Positions 1 through 12,178 of a stretch of 64,000 nt of DNA are shown here, piece by piece. Under the pieces are notes generated by a model that had not been told where the DNA came from, searched no databases, and saw nothing but the letters and a program-made list of their open reading frames with translations. Made by a program: the position numbers and the translations under genes. This DNA is from Podarcis melisellensis (taxonomy: Eukaryota), in NCBI GenBank assembly GCA_964234715.1, contig OZ174283.1, one strand, 5' to 3'. The stretch's first letter is position 1, and every line of letters starts with the position of its first letter.

Positions 1-226
1 TTTTGCTCAGTTGCACCAGTGTATTGAAGATTGGAGTATTTGGTGAATGGTGTACATTTAAATACTTGGTGCTGCAACGTTTTGATCTGACTGCATGCTT
101 ATGCCATTAAATGTTAGTCACCATCAAATCTGATTTTAAATTATTAGGTTAACCTCCAGGCTTCTCGAATGTCAGGCATTTGAGAAGGCATGCAGCATTT
201 CATATTATAACAGATATTGTTGTTAC

Positions 227-421
227 CTTTAATTTTGGCGAATGTTTCTCCTGTCTGTATGACAGTTTGGAAAGGAGAGGGGGTGAGTGGGTGACAGCAG
301 GCTTGGAAGATGTAGAAACGCATTCAGAGAAAGATGTTTTGGCTGAGTGAAATGGAGGACTGGAAGCAAGGCAAGAAGGAGAGGTAGAAGGTGCTTGCGT
401 CTCATAGGGAAGTGAAGCTGG
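227..421 (-). CDS. SORBS2: SORBS2 putative cassette exon, 195 nt, phase 0-0 (PASLPYETQ...EKHSPKLK), between SH3-2 and SH3-3
   Basis: Acceptor tctttctttaaatgtttaAG|CCA; donor AAG|GTAACA; open Ser/Pro-rich frame; length divisible by 3. Confidence 0.7.
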
Positions 422-1579
422 CTTAAACATTTAAAGAAAGACAGTAATTGAGCAGAAGAGCAATTACAAAGGGAGCAATAAAGCAGAGAGAGGAATACTG
501 CACCACCCCCAGTGAAAGGAAATGAGACACCCCCAACCTTCCCACCCATTGCTGTGTTCAGTAGGGTTAATTGAGTACATATAGGACAATGCAATTATTG
601 GAAATACATGGATCGATCTCTGTGCTCAGCAGGACTGTTTCCTATCTGCTTACTTGAATAGCAGCTCCCTGTTCCTGGCATAGTGGGTCCCTGCTCCTGC
701 ACCTCACAGTGCAGCAAGCTGCTTCTTAAATGCTCCCACATTTAGAAAGCATTCTACAGTGAAGGTCAGGGAGGAAAAGAAAAGACTTGTGCATGTAGAG
801 TTAACAAGTATGCCTGGAAAATGTTTGCTGGATTGCAGCCCTTGTCTCTCTTGGACAAGGATAGCCAATGCTTGTATTCTTTCAGGTGGTGAAGGCATAT
901 TCTGCTTCTCAGAAAAGGGCCTGAAGCATGTTTTGTCAGCAAACTGATCACTCCATGCAGGTTCAGGCTTTAACACCGTTGGGAGCAAGTCTAAACCTTC
1001 AAGCGGAATGCAAGTGACCAGGGACCACAACAGACACACTATTTTTGCTGCTTGTGTGTGCGCACAGTGGTGATGCTGGAAAACAAACACTGGACAGGCC
1101 ATTATAAATGGCTAGTTCCACAGCTGGGATGCTACATACAAATTCTTGAGAGAGATGTAACATTAGATGGAAGACAATCTTACAAGCCAAAAATCCTCCC
1201 CCCTTTTCTTATGAGTAAAACTGTAGGAAACATTTTATGACAACTTGATTAAAATTCAGTAGAACCACCAGGGACTAATTAAAATGGCGCTGGGGCCAGA
1301 CTCAACCGCTGCCAGTTGGCAGTTTTTAAAGCTAGATGGTTCTTTTTTTGTTATCAAGCAAAGCTCTGTGCTCAATGATTGTGTAAACTGGCTACCCTCA
1401 CCCTTCATGTGGTGGGGTAAGCAGAAGTTGTTTGTGGCTTGCTCACATTTCAAGGAATTCAGTGTTATACACACCATGTGTAGGTATAAAGTATAAAACA
1501 GCATTAACTTTAATGGGTATTCTGGGTAATGCTTCCTTTATATCAGAAACCTATGGGGAATTGTTCAAGTTAACTAGAT

Positions 1580-1705
1580 CAGGGTAGCCAATGCAGTACC
1601 TTCCAAATGCTGTTGGATTACTGTTACCTGACTACTGGCAATGCTTGCTGAGGCTGTCAGGAATTTTAGTTCAATGACATCCGGAGGACATGTTGGTCAC
1701 TTCTG
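1580..1705. mobile_element. Degenerate short hAT-type MITE
   Basis: CAGGG...TCTG ends, internal inverted halves resembling the 63709-63844 copy, imperfect 8-bp flanks aactagat/aacaagag. Confidence 0.5.
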
Positions 1706-2404
1706 AACAAGAGAGTGACCTATAAATAAATGGGTATTTCCTGAATGACTTACTGTAAAGTTTTCGAGACAAAACTAGATGGCATGTTAAAGGTGTGTGT
1801 CTGAATAAGTAGCATCCCACGGTGGTGGGACTTGAATCAGTGCCGTGTGTAGAAGGAGAGGTGTTAATTATCTATTAAAAGCCAGAAGTTTCTGTTTGCC
1901 ATAGGAGAAGAGATGGTATAGCTACAAATAGCATCTCCCCTTCTGGGGCAAATTGGCCGCTGTGGTCTGGTGGTGGAGCATTTGTATTGGGGAAATTGCA
2001 TGGGGGTGACAGATTTTACACTCCTTCCTCCCTAGGAAAGTATGATCACATTGGCATGTCTTCTAGTTTGACCAGGAGTTGTGCCAAACTACTTAGTGCC
2101 CATCAAAGCAACCAATGGTTTTTCATTCCTGATGACAGCCGCAACTAATGGCGGCTAGCTCCAGAAGGAAGGAAGGAGAGACTTTATTCAGCTAGGGTAA
2201 ACTAAATTACAATGTGACATTTCTTCCCATCTCCAAAATAAAAGAACTGGAGAGAGGGCTTGTGTGTTAATGTGCATTCTACTGTTCTCAAAATATTGCA
2301 GTTTATACTAGAAAGGCACATGCAGGCAGAAACACACACAACGGAAAGTTAAGACTTGAATTCATGATGAGAATGTAGGAGTTTATCTTAAGAAGTTTAA
2401 ATAC

Positions 2405-3214
2405 CTCTTTTTTAGTATCTGGTGAACTGTCCCCTTCGCAAGGTATCATAGGTTCTCTCTTAACTGATATGACTGACTCTAAATTGTCATGGCTCAGCTC
2501 TTCCTCTATGTGAAGCCTTGCCAGTTGTTCTGTTACATCAGGGGCACGCCTGTAGAAACCTGAATCTTTACATTTTGACCGGCCCCCTTGGATTATCGCT
2601 AGCAGCTCTTCACAGATTTCTTCTTCTGGTTCGTCAGTCTCCGTCAGGGTTCTGAATAATGGGTCTTCTTTGGAGAGAACAAGAGCAGGGCCTGCTATTC
2701 CTTGAACTTCCGGAGTTGTTTGTGAGAAATTTTTCCTTTCCTTGGTGGTGGGGCTTCCTCTCAGCTCTCTGAAATTGCTACATTTACTTTCGCGCAGATT
2801 TACACTATTGGTAACAGGCTTACACACGCTGTCATGAAACCAGGTTGCTGGAGGAGGTGATTTACAGGCAGATGAAGAAAATGGCTGAGGTGAAGTTGGA
2901 GATTCAGGGAAGGAGTGGGAAGCCTTTGGTGAGGTAATTGGAACAAAATGGTCATGCTTTACTTGAGGAGTGATATGATCTGAATGCCCCAGCACGCTCT
3001 GCGGACCTGTCAAAGCTAGAGCGCCAAGTTCCTCTAAATCAGAAAGAAAGAGTTTGGGAAAAGGTGGAGGAGTTGGGGAAGGTGTACTTGAAGGTGTGAC
3101 GGCAAGAGTCAGTGACAACCATTCATCGGTGACAGCCTGAAGATTCCCTTTATTAGAATCTGGACAAGGAGAGGATCGGTACCTGAGAGGAGGGGATGAT
3201 GCTTTGGAATCCAA
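2405..3214 (-). CDS. SORBS2: SORBS2 large cassette exon, 810 nt, phase 0-0 (LDSKASSPP...LQAVTDEWLSLTLAV...EEEICEELLAIIQGG...DTKKE)
   Basis: 270-codon open frame; acceptor tttcccttatttctcaAG|TTG; donor GAG|GTATTT; phases match the upstream SH3-2 exon; motif resembles SORBS1 HAVTSEWISLTVG. Confidence 0.85.
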
Positions 3215-3275
3215 CTTGAGAAATAAGGGAAAGCATAGAAATTAAAACAAAGTAAAAAAAAGGCAATGGGCTCAG

Positions 3276-3285
3276 GTGTGTGTGT

Positions 3286-3325
<40 letters not shown>

Positions 3326-3334
3326 ACTCACACA
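3276..3334. repeat. (GT)6(AC)n compound microsatellite
   Basis: Directly visible. Confidence 0.95.
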
Positions 3335-4159
3335 ACCTATGACATCTCCTGGCCATAGGATATTATTTCATTGAGCATAAATGTCTGAAATCATTATCAC
3401 ATGAATCAGAAGAGCAGAAAGCATATCTGAAAAGTGAAACTGTATCAGGTTCATGCCCAGAGCTTAAATGTCAAACATCAAGACAGATCTGAATCACTGA
3501 GTTCATGAAGTGAATTTGATCCATGAGAGTTATGTTCTCTCTACTGTCCTTTAGTAAGCCTATGACTAACGGTCCAAATGTTATTGCCAGAATTCCCCAA
3601 ACCATGGCTATTCTTATTTTTAGAGCAGAGTGGTGCTGTCAAAAAAACATTAATGCAGCTCAGATTGGGGTACTATTAAATACTAGTGAATATTAACACC
3701 AACTGGGCAATCTCAGGTTGTGCAAGCATTAAAAGAAAATCATCACTTGACATGGAAACTTTGCAGAAACATTTTAAATACAACTGCATACTGCATTTGA
3801 CGTATAATTACATGTCTTTCGAAAGTATACAGCATTCCGATGCTACTTATTGCACATCATAGACAATTATTGTAAACACACACAGCCATATATTTTGAAT
3901 ATCCTTATTGGCTGAATCATATTGTAAAATTAAATATTGATTGAAGTTTCCTTCTGGCAAAATAAAGGTCCTTTTTGTAACAACGGGAAGAGTTGGGATT
4001 CATACGTATATTGCATCGGTAGATATCCATTGCTTCAGTAAATACTGAAAATGTAGTTTTTGTTATTAAAACTCAAAATTAATCCTTCATTTGAAAAGAA
4101 AAGAAAAACTTTTGAGATAATTCTTGGAATGATTGAAATCAACTCTAGGGGTAAAGGGT

Positions 4160-4260
4160 GGCACCTTATACAGCATCAGACCACTGGTCTATCTAGCGTG
4201 GTATTTTCCATACTGATAGGCAGCAGCTCTCTAGGGTTTTATCTACCTCACACTAGCCTT
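4160..4260 (-). mobile_element. Fragment of a tRNA-derived squamate SINE (Squam3-like)
   Basis: Similar to the bodies of the 19262-19437 and 61915-62095 copies (cagaccactggtctatctagc...ggcagcagctctctaggg). Confidence 0.4.
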
Positions 4261-6582
4261 TCCCCCTCCCTCTCCCTCTCTGCACAGCAAGAGAGAGACA
4301 GAGCTCCTTGCGATAGCTGGTAGCCAACTGCCATTCTTTTCAACCCTGCTGCCACAGCTGGGGTGACACAGTATCAGGATGCCACTCTGAGGAACAGTCT
4401 TGCAGGGAAGAGGATTCAGCGACCCTTGATTCAGCGACCCTTGAGCAGGAGCCTTGACAGAGATCTTTATTCTCTTTTTCTCTTCCAGGCTTGCTCTCAG
4501 CCAGGTCTCAGTGAAAAATACCCAGCCACTATGGGCACCAGCCATATATAGATCCCATAGGCCCACTCTTCTCTTTCCATGATACAGGCTACTCCTGCTT
4601 GGACCAGTTGGTATGTATGGTTGTGGGGACAAGTAGGGCATTTGGATCTATGGGAGGGTGTGTGCAGGCCTGTGCACACTTCTCTGTGCTCTTCTGACAA
4701 AGGGCAAGTGAGCAAGGAGAGGAAATAGTTTCATAATTTTCTCAGTTAGAGCAATTGGTCCTCAATTTTATCATTATTAGGGACCACTTGATTGCTGGGG
4801 GCCTCAGACGACTACTTACTACAACCTTTTAGCTCTTCAGCACCACCAGTGCAGTATTGTGGAAATGAGGTGTCTGAGGTTGAGAAAAGTCCTTTTAACT
4901 GGTAATTTTTAGGGGAAAATAAGTAAACAGCATTTAAAAAAAATGAAGGTCATGAGTCATAGGCCAGAGCCTTGCTATTTTGAGACATCTGTCCCTGGTC
5001 AAAAGAGACTTGACCTCAGTCATTAGGAAAAATCAGGTGCAGGGCCAAGTACAGGCGATCTCTACTGAAATATAACCTTTGTGTAGACCACACAAATGGA
5101 GCTTGCTGACCACTAGTGATCTGTAGGCCACAATATGAGAACCTCTGGGTTTGAGGATGATTTGAACTGATTACATGGTAAACATTAAAAGAGTTCATCA
5201 ACTACATTTTTGGTGCTCAGAAGAGAAGAAGAGAAGTGGGGATGGAAAGAGCTCAACTGCTAGTCGACATATGTTTTGGACACATAGAGAGGGAGAAAAT
5301 GAATTCTGTTTGCAAATTGTTAAAGCTTTTTCAATTAGCACCCCTCTAGTAATCATCTATACATAGAAAATATTATGAACAATGAGACATAAAGTGATAG
5401 TTCTCCACTAAAATCCAATATATTCATGGATTGAAGAGATTTTATGGTGGGTGGTGGTGGTAGTAGTAAGAGAGTCTATTCTCTCTTTTGTTATGAAACA
5501 TTTAGGTCCATCAATTGCTAGCTGCAACTGTATACTAGCAAAATACCCTACTGACACCTGCACATATTAAAATGTTGGAGAAACTGCAATTAATAGTACA
5601 TCACAATGACAGTAACACCTTACATTCAAATAGTTTATCATAGTGTTAATCCTCTTTTGTTCAACATCTGACATTACAAGAGCTGGAGATTTGAGATATG
5701 ATTTTAGGACAGAAACATAGCTTGATGGACAGGATGTAGATTGTGATCCATCAGTGGACTGCAGAATAATTTCTGATGAACTGTTGCTGCTGCCCATGCA
5801 GGTCCTCAACAAAAAGGACAGTGAAATGCACACAGCACTGGCACCATACATTTCTGTATAAGGATGCCCATGCCTCTGTAGCACCAAGGCAGTCTATTCA
5901 AAGCTACCTGTGGGTTGCTGCCACTTCTACTAAGCGATAGTATAATTATTGCCTGTTGCATTACTACGCACATCTCCTCCCGTTATACATATTTTTATAC
6001 ACATCAGTTGGTTGGCAAACTAGAAGGCAAAATTCAGAGAAGTGTGAATTTTGAAGGATAGCTTCATTTTAGTTTTTGTTTAGGCATTGTTTTGGGAAGT
6101 GCAAATTAAGTACCGGTAAGTTCACCTTAACCTGAAAACTCAATCAAACTTCTTTCCCATCACAGGTTTATACACGTGAAAAGAGGAACCTTCAATTTGA
6201 CCAATCCACATTGCATTTACGGGAGCAAGAAACTGGACGAAGTGGAAGCAGCTTACAATAAACGGTAGCAAATGAAGTGGATTTCCATTGGCTTTAATAC
6301 GGTTAGTGCTAACAAACTCTGAGAATCATTTTTTAAAAAAACAAAAAGGAAACATTTTTTAAAACATAAAGGTAACACAACAGGGAGAACTTTTTTTGAT
6401 ATAAATACTGCAAACAAAAAACTATGCATTTGTGTTTTCATAGAGGAAAGTGTTGTAAGTGTAGTAGTGCTGTGTGCTTGATCGTTTCAATAAATATGTA
6501 CCGATTCCTCTGGTTAATTTGGCTCGAGGTCTGTGCATAGGAATATTCTAGACAGGTTTGAAAAGATCAAAGTTCTCCTTAC

Positions 6583-6786
6583 CTTAGTTGAACTTAAATG
6601 ATGTATTCTGTCGCTGGAATAACTCTGGGGTATTGGAGGAACAGGAGAAACATCTGCTCCTTTGGTGGCATTCTTTTTTATGATTTCCACATAGGACACA
6701 GGGAAGATTCCTTGTCGGTTGGTTCCTGGTAGTTTGCCTTCATACCAATTTTGATCAACCCGTCTAAGGAGAATTACTCTGTCTCC
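6583..6786 (-). CDS. SORBS2: SORBS2 exon, second half of SH3-2 plus linker ([36 protein letters not shown]...[12 protein letters not shown])
   Basis: AG|GGA and AAG|GTAAGG; 204 nt; SH3 WYEG and GIFP motifs. Confidence 0.97.
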
Positions 6787-7196
6787 CTGGAAAGCAAAAC
6801 TTGGAAGCTTAGATGTGATAATCCTCTACAATGCATCACATGTTCATTACCACCCAATCTTTCAGGTCTTTCAGGGTAGTGTAGTAACAAAGAGCGAGAG
6901 TTGCGAGCCTGAAAACTCCAACCCCAAAGCTCACCTCAACCAGGTGGGTTTTGGTACTTTCAGAATGGCCCACAACCACAAAATGAGAATAATGTGGAAT
7001 TGAGGAATTGTTCCTCCTGATTTTTATTCCAGAAGGATAATTTTAAAAATGATTCCTTTCCCCCCCATTGCTCTCTATAGCAACTTTTCTTACTAGTGGA
7101 GACAGTTTCTAGTTATTTATTTCATTCAATTTATATGATTGTATTTTTAATTTTCCACTGTTGCTGTAACACACTGGAAAAGTGAGACACATGTAA

Positions 7197-7320
7197 AAAC
7201 ATAAGAAGAGTCTGCTAGATAAGGCCAAAGGCCTATTTAGTCCAGAGTCCTGTTCTCATATTGGCCAACCAGGCGCCTATGAAAGGTCTCCAAGCAGGAA
7301 GGACCTGAGCACAACAGCAC
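7197..7320 (-). mobile_element. CR1-type LINE 3' end fragment
   Basis: aacataagaagagtctgctagataaggcc...agtccag matches the start of the 19499 copy. Confidence 0.55.
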
Positions 7321-7610
7321 TTATTTCAAACAATATATTGTCTTAACTTATAGGACCCTTTTAAAGAGATTAGCAAGACAGCGTATGTGAATTATTTCGA
7401 ACACTTCAAATATGTGTGAAACACTAGGTACTATTAAAAGTTGGCTAGTCTCTTGTTTTTCACCTGTTTCCTTATTCAACGAGCCACAAATCTCACCAGC
7501 CACAGCGTGAAACAGTAGCGTTCCGTTCCATCACTTCAGGTAATTTTAGTTCTGAATAACAATACTGTTTAAATGCTTACTTGACAAAGAAGCTGTTAGT
7601 CATTGCTTAC

Positions 7611-7739
7611 CTTTCTCAGTGACAGTTCCACATTTGTATCTGCATTGAAATTGTATTTTGCAACAGCTTCTCCAATCTCTGCAATGTGTGCTGGGGGTGG
7701 TGGCCTTGCTGGCTGTGCTTTTTCGGGGGGAAGAAGTTT
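7611..7739 (-). CDS. SORBS2: SORBS2 exon, SH3-1/SH3-2 linker and start of SH3-2 ([43 protein letters not shown])
   Basis: CAG|AAA and AAG|GTAAGC; 129 nt. Confidence 0.97.
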
Positions 7740-7843
7740 CTGGAAAGAGAATGGTGGTTGCTTTAAATCAGTCTATTCAGTTTGTGCAAGCACTCTGTAA
7801 AGCTAACACAGAAGGGGGGGGAAAGATGGCAATACACACAAAC

Positions 7844-7958
7844 CTCAACGTAAGAAATTGGAAAAATCCCAACTCTTCCATAGTGTTCGCCCTCATACCA
7901 GTTTTGATCCACTTTCCTGAGGATATAGACAGTATCGCCTTTCTTAAAGGATAACTCC
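7844..7958 (-). CDS. SORBS2: SORBS2 exon, SH3-1 ([38 protein letters not shown])
   Basis: CAG|G and GAG|GTTTGT; 115 nt; phase 2-0. Confidence 0.97.
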
Positions 7959-8050
7959 CTGTAACAGATATTTATAAACAGTAATGTTAAGCTAGCTGTT
8001 TGGATTTGTTGTACTTCAAATGATCTTTATATTGAGATCTAATTTGAATG

Positions 8051-8052
<2 letters not shown>

Positions 8053-8080
<28 letters not shown>
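8053..8080. repeat. (ATT)n microsatellite
   Basis: Directly visible. Confidence 0.9.
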
Positions 8081-8082
<2 letters not shown>

Positions 8083-8638
8083 TCCTCCTCCTCCATGTCT
8101 GTGGAAGGAGAGTCATGAGCACATAAACCCTACTTGATGTTATTGGCCTAGTGCAAACATAAAAACAATTATGATGCTTTTTTCTGTGAGAACTTGCTTT
8201 AAGTTCTCAAACATGGTTTAGTTTGCAAGGCATGTTTAGCGAATAACCAGCAAGACATGCTCAACCCTTGCAAGGAAGGAGATATAGAAACAGCTTTAAC
8301 TATGGTTTGCATGGTGTATATACAACATCTAACTATGGTTAACTCAAGTCATGTTTTGAATAATTAACAGAGCCTAAATTCAAAACGTTTTGTACAAATA
8401 TTCAGCAGGAAACTTTTTGCTTTGAATCCTGGTACTGTGCTATTGAAAACGTCAGCCTTTAAAAAACAAACAAAAACCACAAATTTTCTTATGCAACAGA
8501 AATACCCTTCTATTATGAAAAGGCAAGTCATTCTTTAGTTCTGGTTCCCTCCTCAATTTTTGTATTTCTCTTGCTGAACAGGAATGTAAAAGAACAATAT
8601 TGGTTACAATGTACAAGCAAGCAGGAAAACACACCATA

Positions 8639-8858
8639 CAGTGGTACCTCGGTCTACTAACTTAATTCGTTCTGGAAGTCCATTCTTAAACCAAAGTGTT
8701 CTTAAACCAAGGCACGCTTTCCCTCCCACCGCCGGTGCCCTTCCACCGTTCGTCTTCCAGGGCAAAGTTCGTTAATCGCAACACCTGCTTCCGGTTTTGC
8801 GGAGTTCATTGTGTGAATAGTTTGTTAAAAGGACTGTTCGTAGAACGAGGTACCACTG
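8639..8858. mobile_element. Tc1/mariner (pogo/Tigger-like) MITE
   Basis: 23-bp TIRs CAGTGGTACCTCG(G/T)TCTAC(T/G)AAC, flanked by TA on both sides. Confidence 0.85.
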
Positions 8859-9320
8859 TATTTGCATTAGCAGCATCCATTCATAGTTCACTTTAAAACT
8901 GTTTCCTGTATTGTGACGGAGAGTTATCAGTTGCTATCCAACTAAGAGTTTTCCATTGAAATTAATGACTTTTAAGTTACTAACAATATATATCACCCTT
9001 CAGCTTTAAAAACCAGTAACATTTTATGTTTCCTAAAATTTATTATGCCTTTGATATAGCTGAATACTTCATGAGAATGATTCCATGCATTATTTTGCAG
9101 TTAAACTCTGCAGAGACTCATTCAAGTTAAATGACTGAACATTTGCATATTGTAGAATGCTTAAATATCCCACAATTAGCCCACAATAGTTTAACTACAT
9201 CTAATATACAGACTCATCTAGAGCAATTAAAAGTCCTACATATAGCTCTTGTTTTCTCTGCAAACAGCTCCAACATACATAATATTTTTTAAAGGAAAAA
9301 CAGCAGTCACTAATACTTAC

Positions 9321-9367
9321 TTAGGGGTTTGAGCCTTAAAATCATATACTGCTCTCGCTGGCAGTCT
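9321..9367 (-). CDS. SORBS2: SORBS2 exon, start of SH3-1 (RLPARAVYDFKAQTPK)
   Basis: CAG|AGA and AA|GTAAGT; 47 nt; phase 0-2. Confidence 0.96.
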
Positions 9368-10214
9368 CTGAAATGGAGGGAAAGAATTGAGTCTACATTA
9401 ATATAAATATTTAAATGTTATGTCGAAAACTTTGCAAAGAAGGAAACCATTTAAAAATCTTTTTTATGTAAACCCTTAAGTAAAAGGCCTAACATTTTAA
9501 AATAATAGTGTCTCCAATGTCTCTTATTAGCATTTATGCTATAAATGATCTGTCTATTATTCAGTTAACTTATTTAAGCGACTTTTATATTGCTTTTTAA
9601 CTGCATGGCATACTTTCCAACATCTGGGGGATGAAAATCAGGATGAACTTTTTTTTAACAGGATGATTAAAGAGTGTTAAGGAATCAGGAGTCACAGATA
9701 GGCCTGAGTCCGATGATTGTGGCCTATATATACGCCAGATTAGAAGATCCCCCCAATTGTCAATCTCTGGACCACGTGTCAATCCTTTTTAGTCTTTCTC
9801 GCCCCACCAATCCATTCTCCATTGTCTGCCTCTCCTTTCACACCTGCCTGCCCTTGCCCACCTCCCTTCCAAAGCTTCCCAATTTGAACTGCCCTGCTCA
9901 AATTGGGATGTTTGGCAACATGGTATGGCACCTATTTAATTTGGTACCTGTGAGTATCAAATGTGCAATGGGAACCTGAGGGTGAGCCTTACTCCATAAA
10001 TGCTAGCGTGCCATGCCAGCCACTGTTGAGATTGACAAATAATCATCAATCTCACATATATGTATATATCAATGGAGCCCCCTCAATGGAGACACAATTC
10101 ATTATAGGTTGTTAGGCCTTCAGAGACAACATCAAGACTGCTGGGGACCAGAATCTCGCTATCTTCTAGCTTTCCTTTTTCCATCCTAGTTCCATTGTGT
10201 TGGCAAATAAATTA

Positions 10215-10410
10215 CCATGTACACTCGAGTATAAGCCAACTTTTTTAGCACATTTTTTATGCGGAAAAAGCCCCCCTTGGCTTATACTCGAGTGAGGGTC
10301 CTTTTGGGCTGCTCCTTCCTCCTCCTCCGCCTTTGTCGCTGTTGTCATCAGCGGAACGAGCAGCCTGAAAGCAGGCTTATTCGGGTCGGCTTATACATGA
10401 GTATATATGG
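10215..10410. mobile_element. Tc2-like (CCGTA-terminal) MITE, degenerate
   Basis: TA-ccatgtacactcgagtataagcc ... ggcttatacatgagtatatatgg-TA; internal inverted copy ggcttatactcgag. Confidence 0.75.
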
Positions 10411-10545
10411 TACCTGTTTTGTAGCACCTGGGCAAGAAAAGGTACCATTGATAAACAGTGGACTTTTATAAATGTCAGTGACAACTACAGAGAATGCCTT
10501 TTTTGGCTTCAAACTCTTTTAAATTATTCATTTTCTTTTAAATAC

Positions 10546-10631
10546 CTCTCTCTCTGGAGTTCCTCTTCTTTCCTTTGGAGCACATCGACCCACATCCGTG
10601 AAAGCAGAATAGTTCCCAGGAGACTCCTGGT
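10546..10631 (-). CDS. SORBS2: SORBS2 exon (DQESPGNYSAFTDVGRCAPKERRGTPERE)
   Basis: TAG|AC and GAG|GTATTT; 86 nt; phase 1-0; matches human DRESPRSY...RRGTPEKE. Confidence 0.95.
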
Positions 10632-11265
10632 CTACTGAAAATAAGATGCCACTTTGTGAAATTCAGTTTAATTAAAAATAAAGCCGTTGGGCTCTATTTG
10701 AAGGGGCACTACATCTAAATTATATGCAAAATGCAAGTTGGGGCTAAAAAAATAGAAACCAACAAATGACAAGGACAAACAGAAGCTAAAAACTGAACTG
10801 TGGGAAATTCTTCCACTAATACTTTATGCTTTAAAACTGAACTTGAGCAATTAAAGAGCAAAAGCAGAACCAGAGCACCCTAATTCTAACTTGTACAACA
10901 GCGATTTGAGCAACTAAAGGAACAGAAGTATGAGATATTAAGGATGCGAAGGGTAAGAAAAGCATAGCAATGAATCATAAGATTTTAAATATGGAACCAC
11001 ATGCAAGGGAATGTATCGGATACATGCCACAATCACAGAAAGGTGAACTACATGACATTTTTCAGATTATCAATAAGTATGCATTCCTCTTTTATATAAG
11101 TCCAGAACTAGACAACTAGGATCGCAACTGCAACATCTATCTCTGAGCAACTTTCTCACTGAAAATCACTCCCACAGCTCCTGTTCCCCGAGGAAGGTGC
11201 CATTTCCCAAAAGAGCATATTTGGGGGCAATTTACAGTGGTAGAACAGATGAGGAAGAGTAAAAG

Positions 11266-11650
11266 GTAGGGTAAAAGGTAAAGGCCTCTGGATGGTTAAG
11301 TCCAGTCAAAGGCGACTGTGGGGTGTGGAACTCATCTTGCTTTCAGGCCAAGGGAGCCGGTGTTTGTCCACAGACAGCTTTCCGGGTCATTTGGCCAGCA
11401 TGACTAAACCGCTTCTGGCACAACGGAAACACCGGGACGGAAACCAGAGCGCACGGAAATGCCATTTACCTTCCCACCGCAGCGGTACCTATTTATCTAC
11501 TTGCACTGGTATGCTTTCAAACTGCTAGGTTGGCAGAAGCTAGGACAGAGCAAAGGGAGCTCACCCAATCGTGTGGATTCAAGCTGCCAACCTTCTGATC
11601 AGCAAGCCCAAGAGGCTCAGTGGTTTAGACCAAAGCGCCACCCACGTCCC
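11266..11650 (-). mobile_element. Sauria SINE, full length
   Basis: 5' GGGACGTGGGTGGCGCT head, (ACCTTT)-type tail, TSD atgagga(a/g)gagtaaaag at 11249-11265 and 11652-11668. Confidence 0.9.
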
Positions 11651-12178
11651 TATGAGGAGGAGTAAAAGTCCTCCCTGAACTGCACAATTAAAACTCAGAT
11701 CATCCCTACCCTTACTTTTATTTCTAGAAAGAAAACCCCCAGGATAGATGCTTACGGAATGAATATGCACATAAGTGGAGAGCACTCGGAAAGTCCTAGT
11801 GGCTTGTGAGGAGACCCTGCCCACAGCCTAAAGAGGGTGTGCTCTTTGGGCTCCAGGGAGGGTCTTCTTGTGATCTGGAGGGGCAGTGGAGCTCTGTTGA
11901 GGCTGCTCAGCCTCCTCACCTAACAGCTTACAGTTGTTTCAGCAACCCGTAGTTTAAACTAACCAGAGCACACACTGAGTGTGGATCCAAGAGAAAACTA
12001 GTTAGTTAAAAATGGATGTTTCCAAATTCTTCCTTGGAGAAAGGGAGGGCGAGTGCACAAGCCTGAGGCTTGCTGCTGCTTGTGCACATAGTGTTAAATT
12101 ATAGATTAGTGTTATGTGTAAAACAGGCCATTGCAGAGTTGAATGTCTCAGAATAGTATTCTGTGTAATTAATATATA

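Noticed and set aside
4413-4443. 15-bp direct duplication gattcagcgaccctt
   Set aside because: An isolated local slippage duplication with no associated element.
7576-7610. Second GTAAGC donor 30 nt downstream of the 7611 donor
   Set aside because: The extension contains an in-frame TAA and nothing indicates use.
8220-8350. Imperfect hairpin suggestive of a pre-miRNA
   Set aside because: It shares aaccatagtt-type motifs with 30380-30510 and 63200-63370, so it is more likely a decayed inverted-repeat transposon. Pairing is too weak to call.
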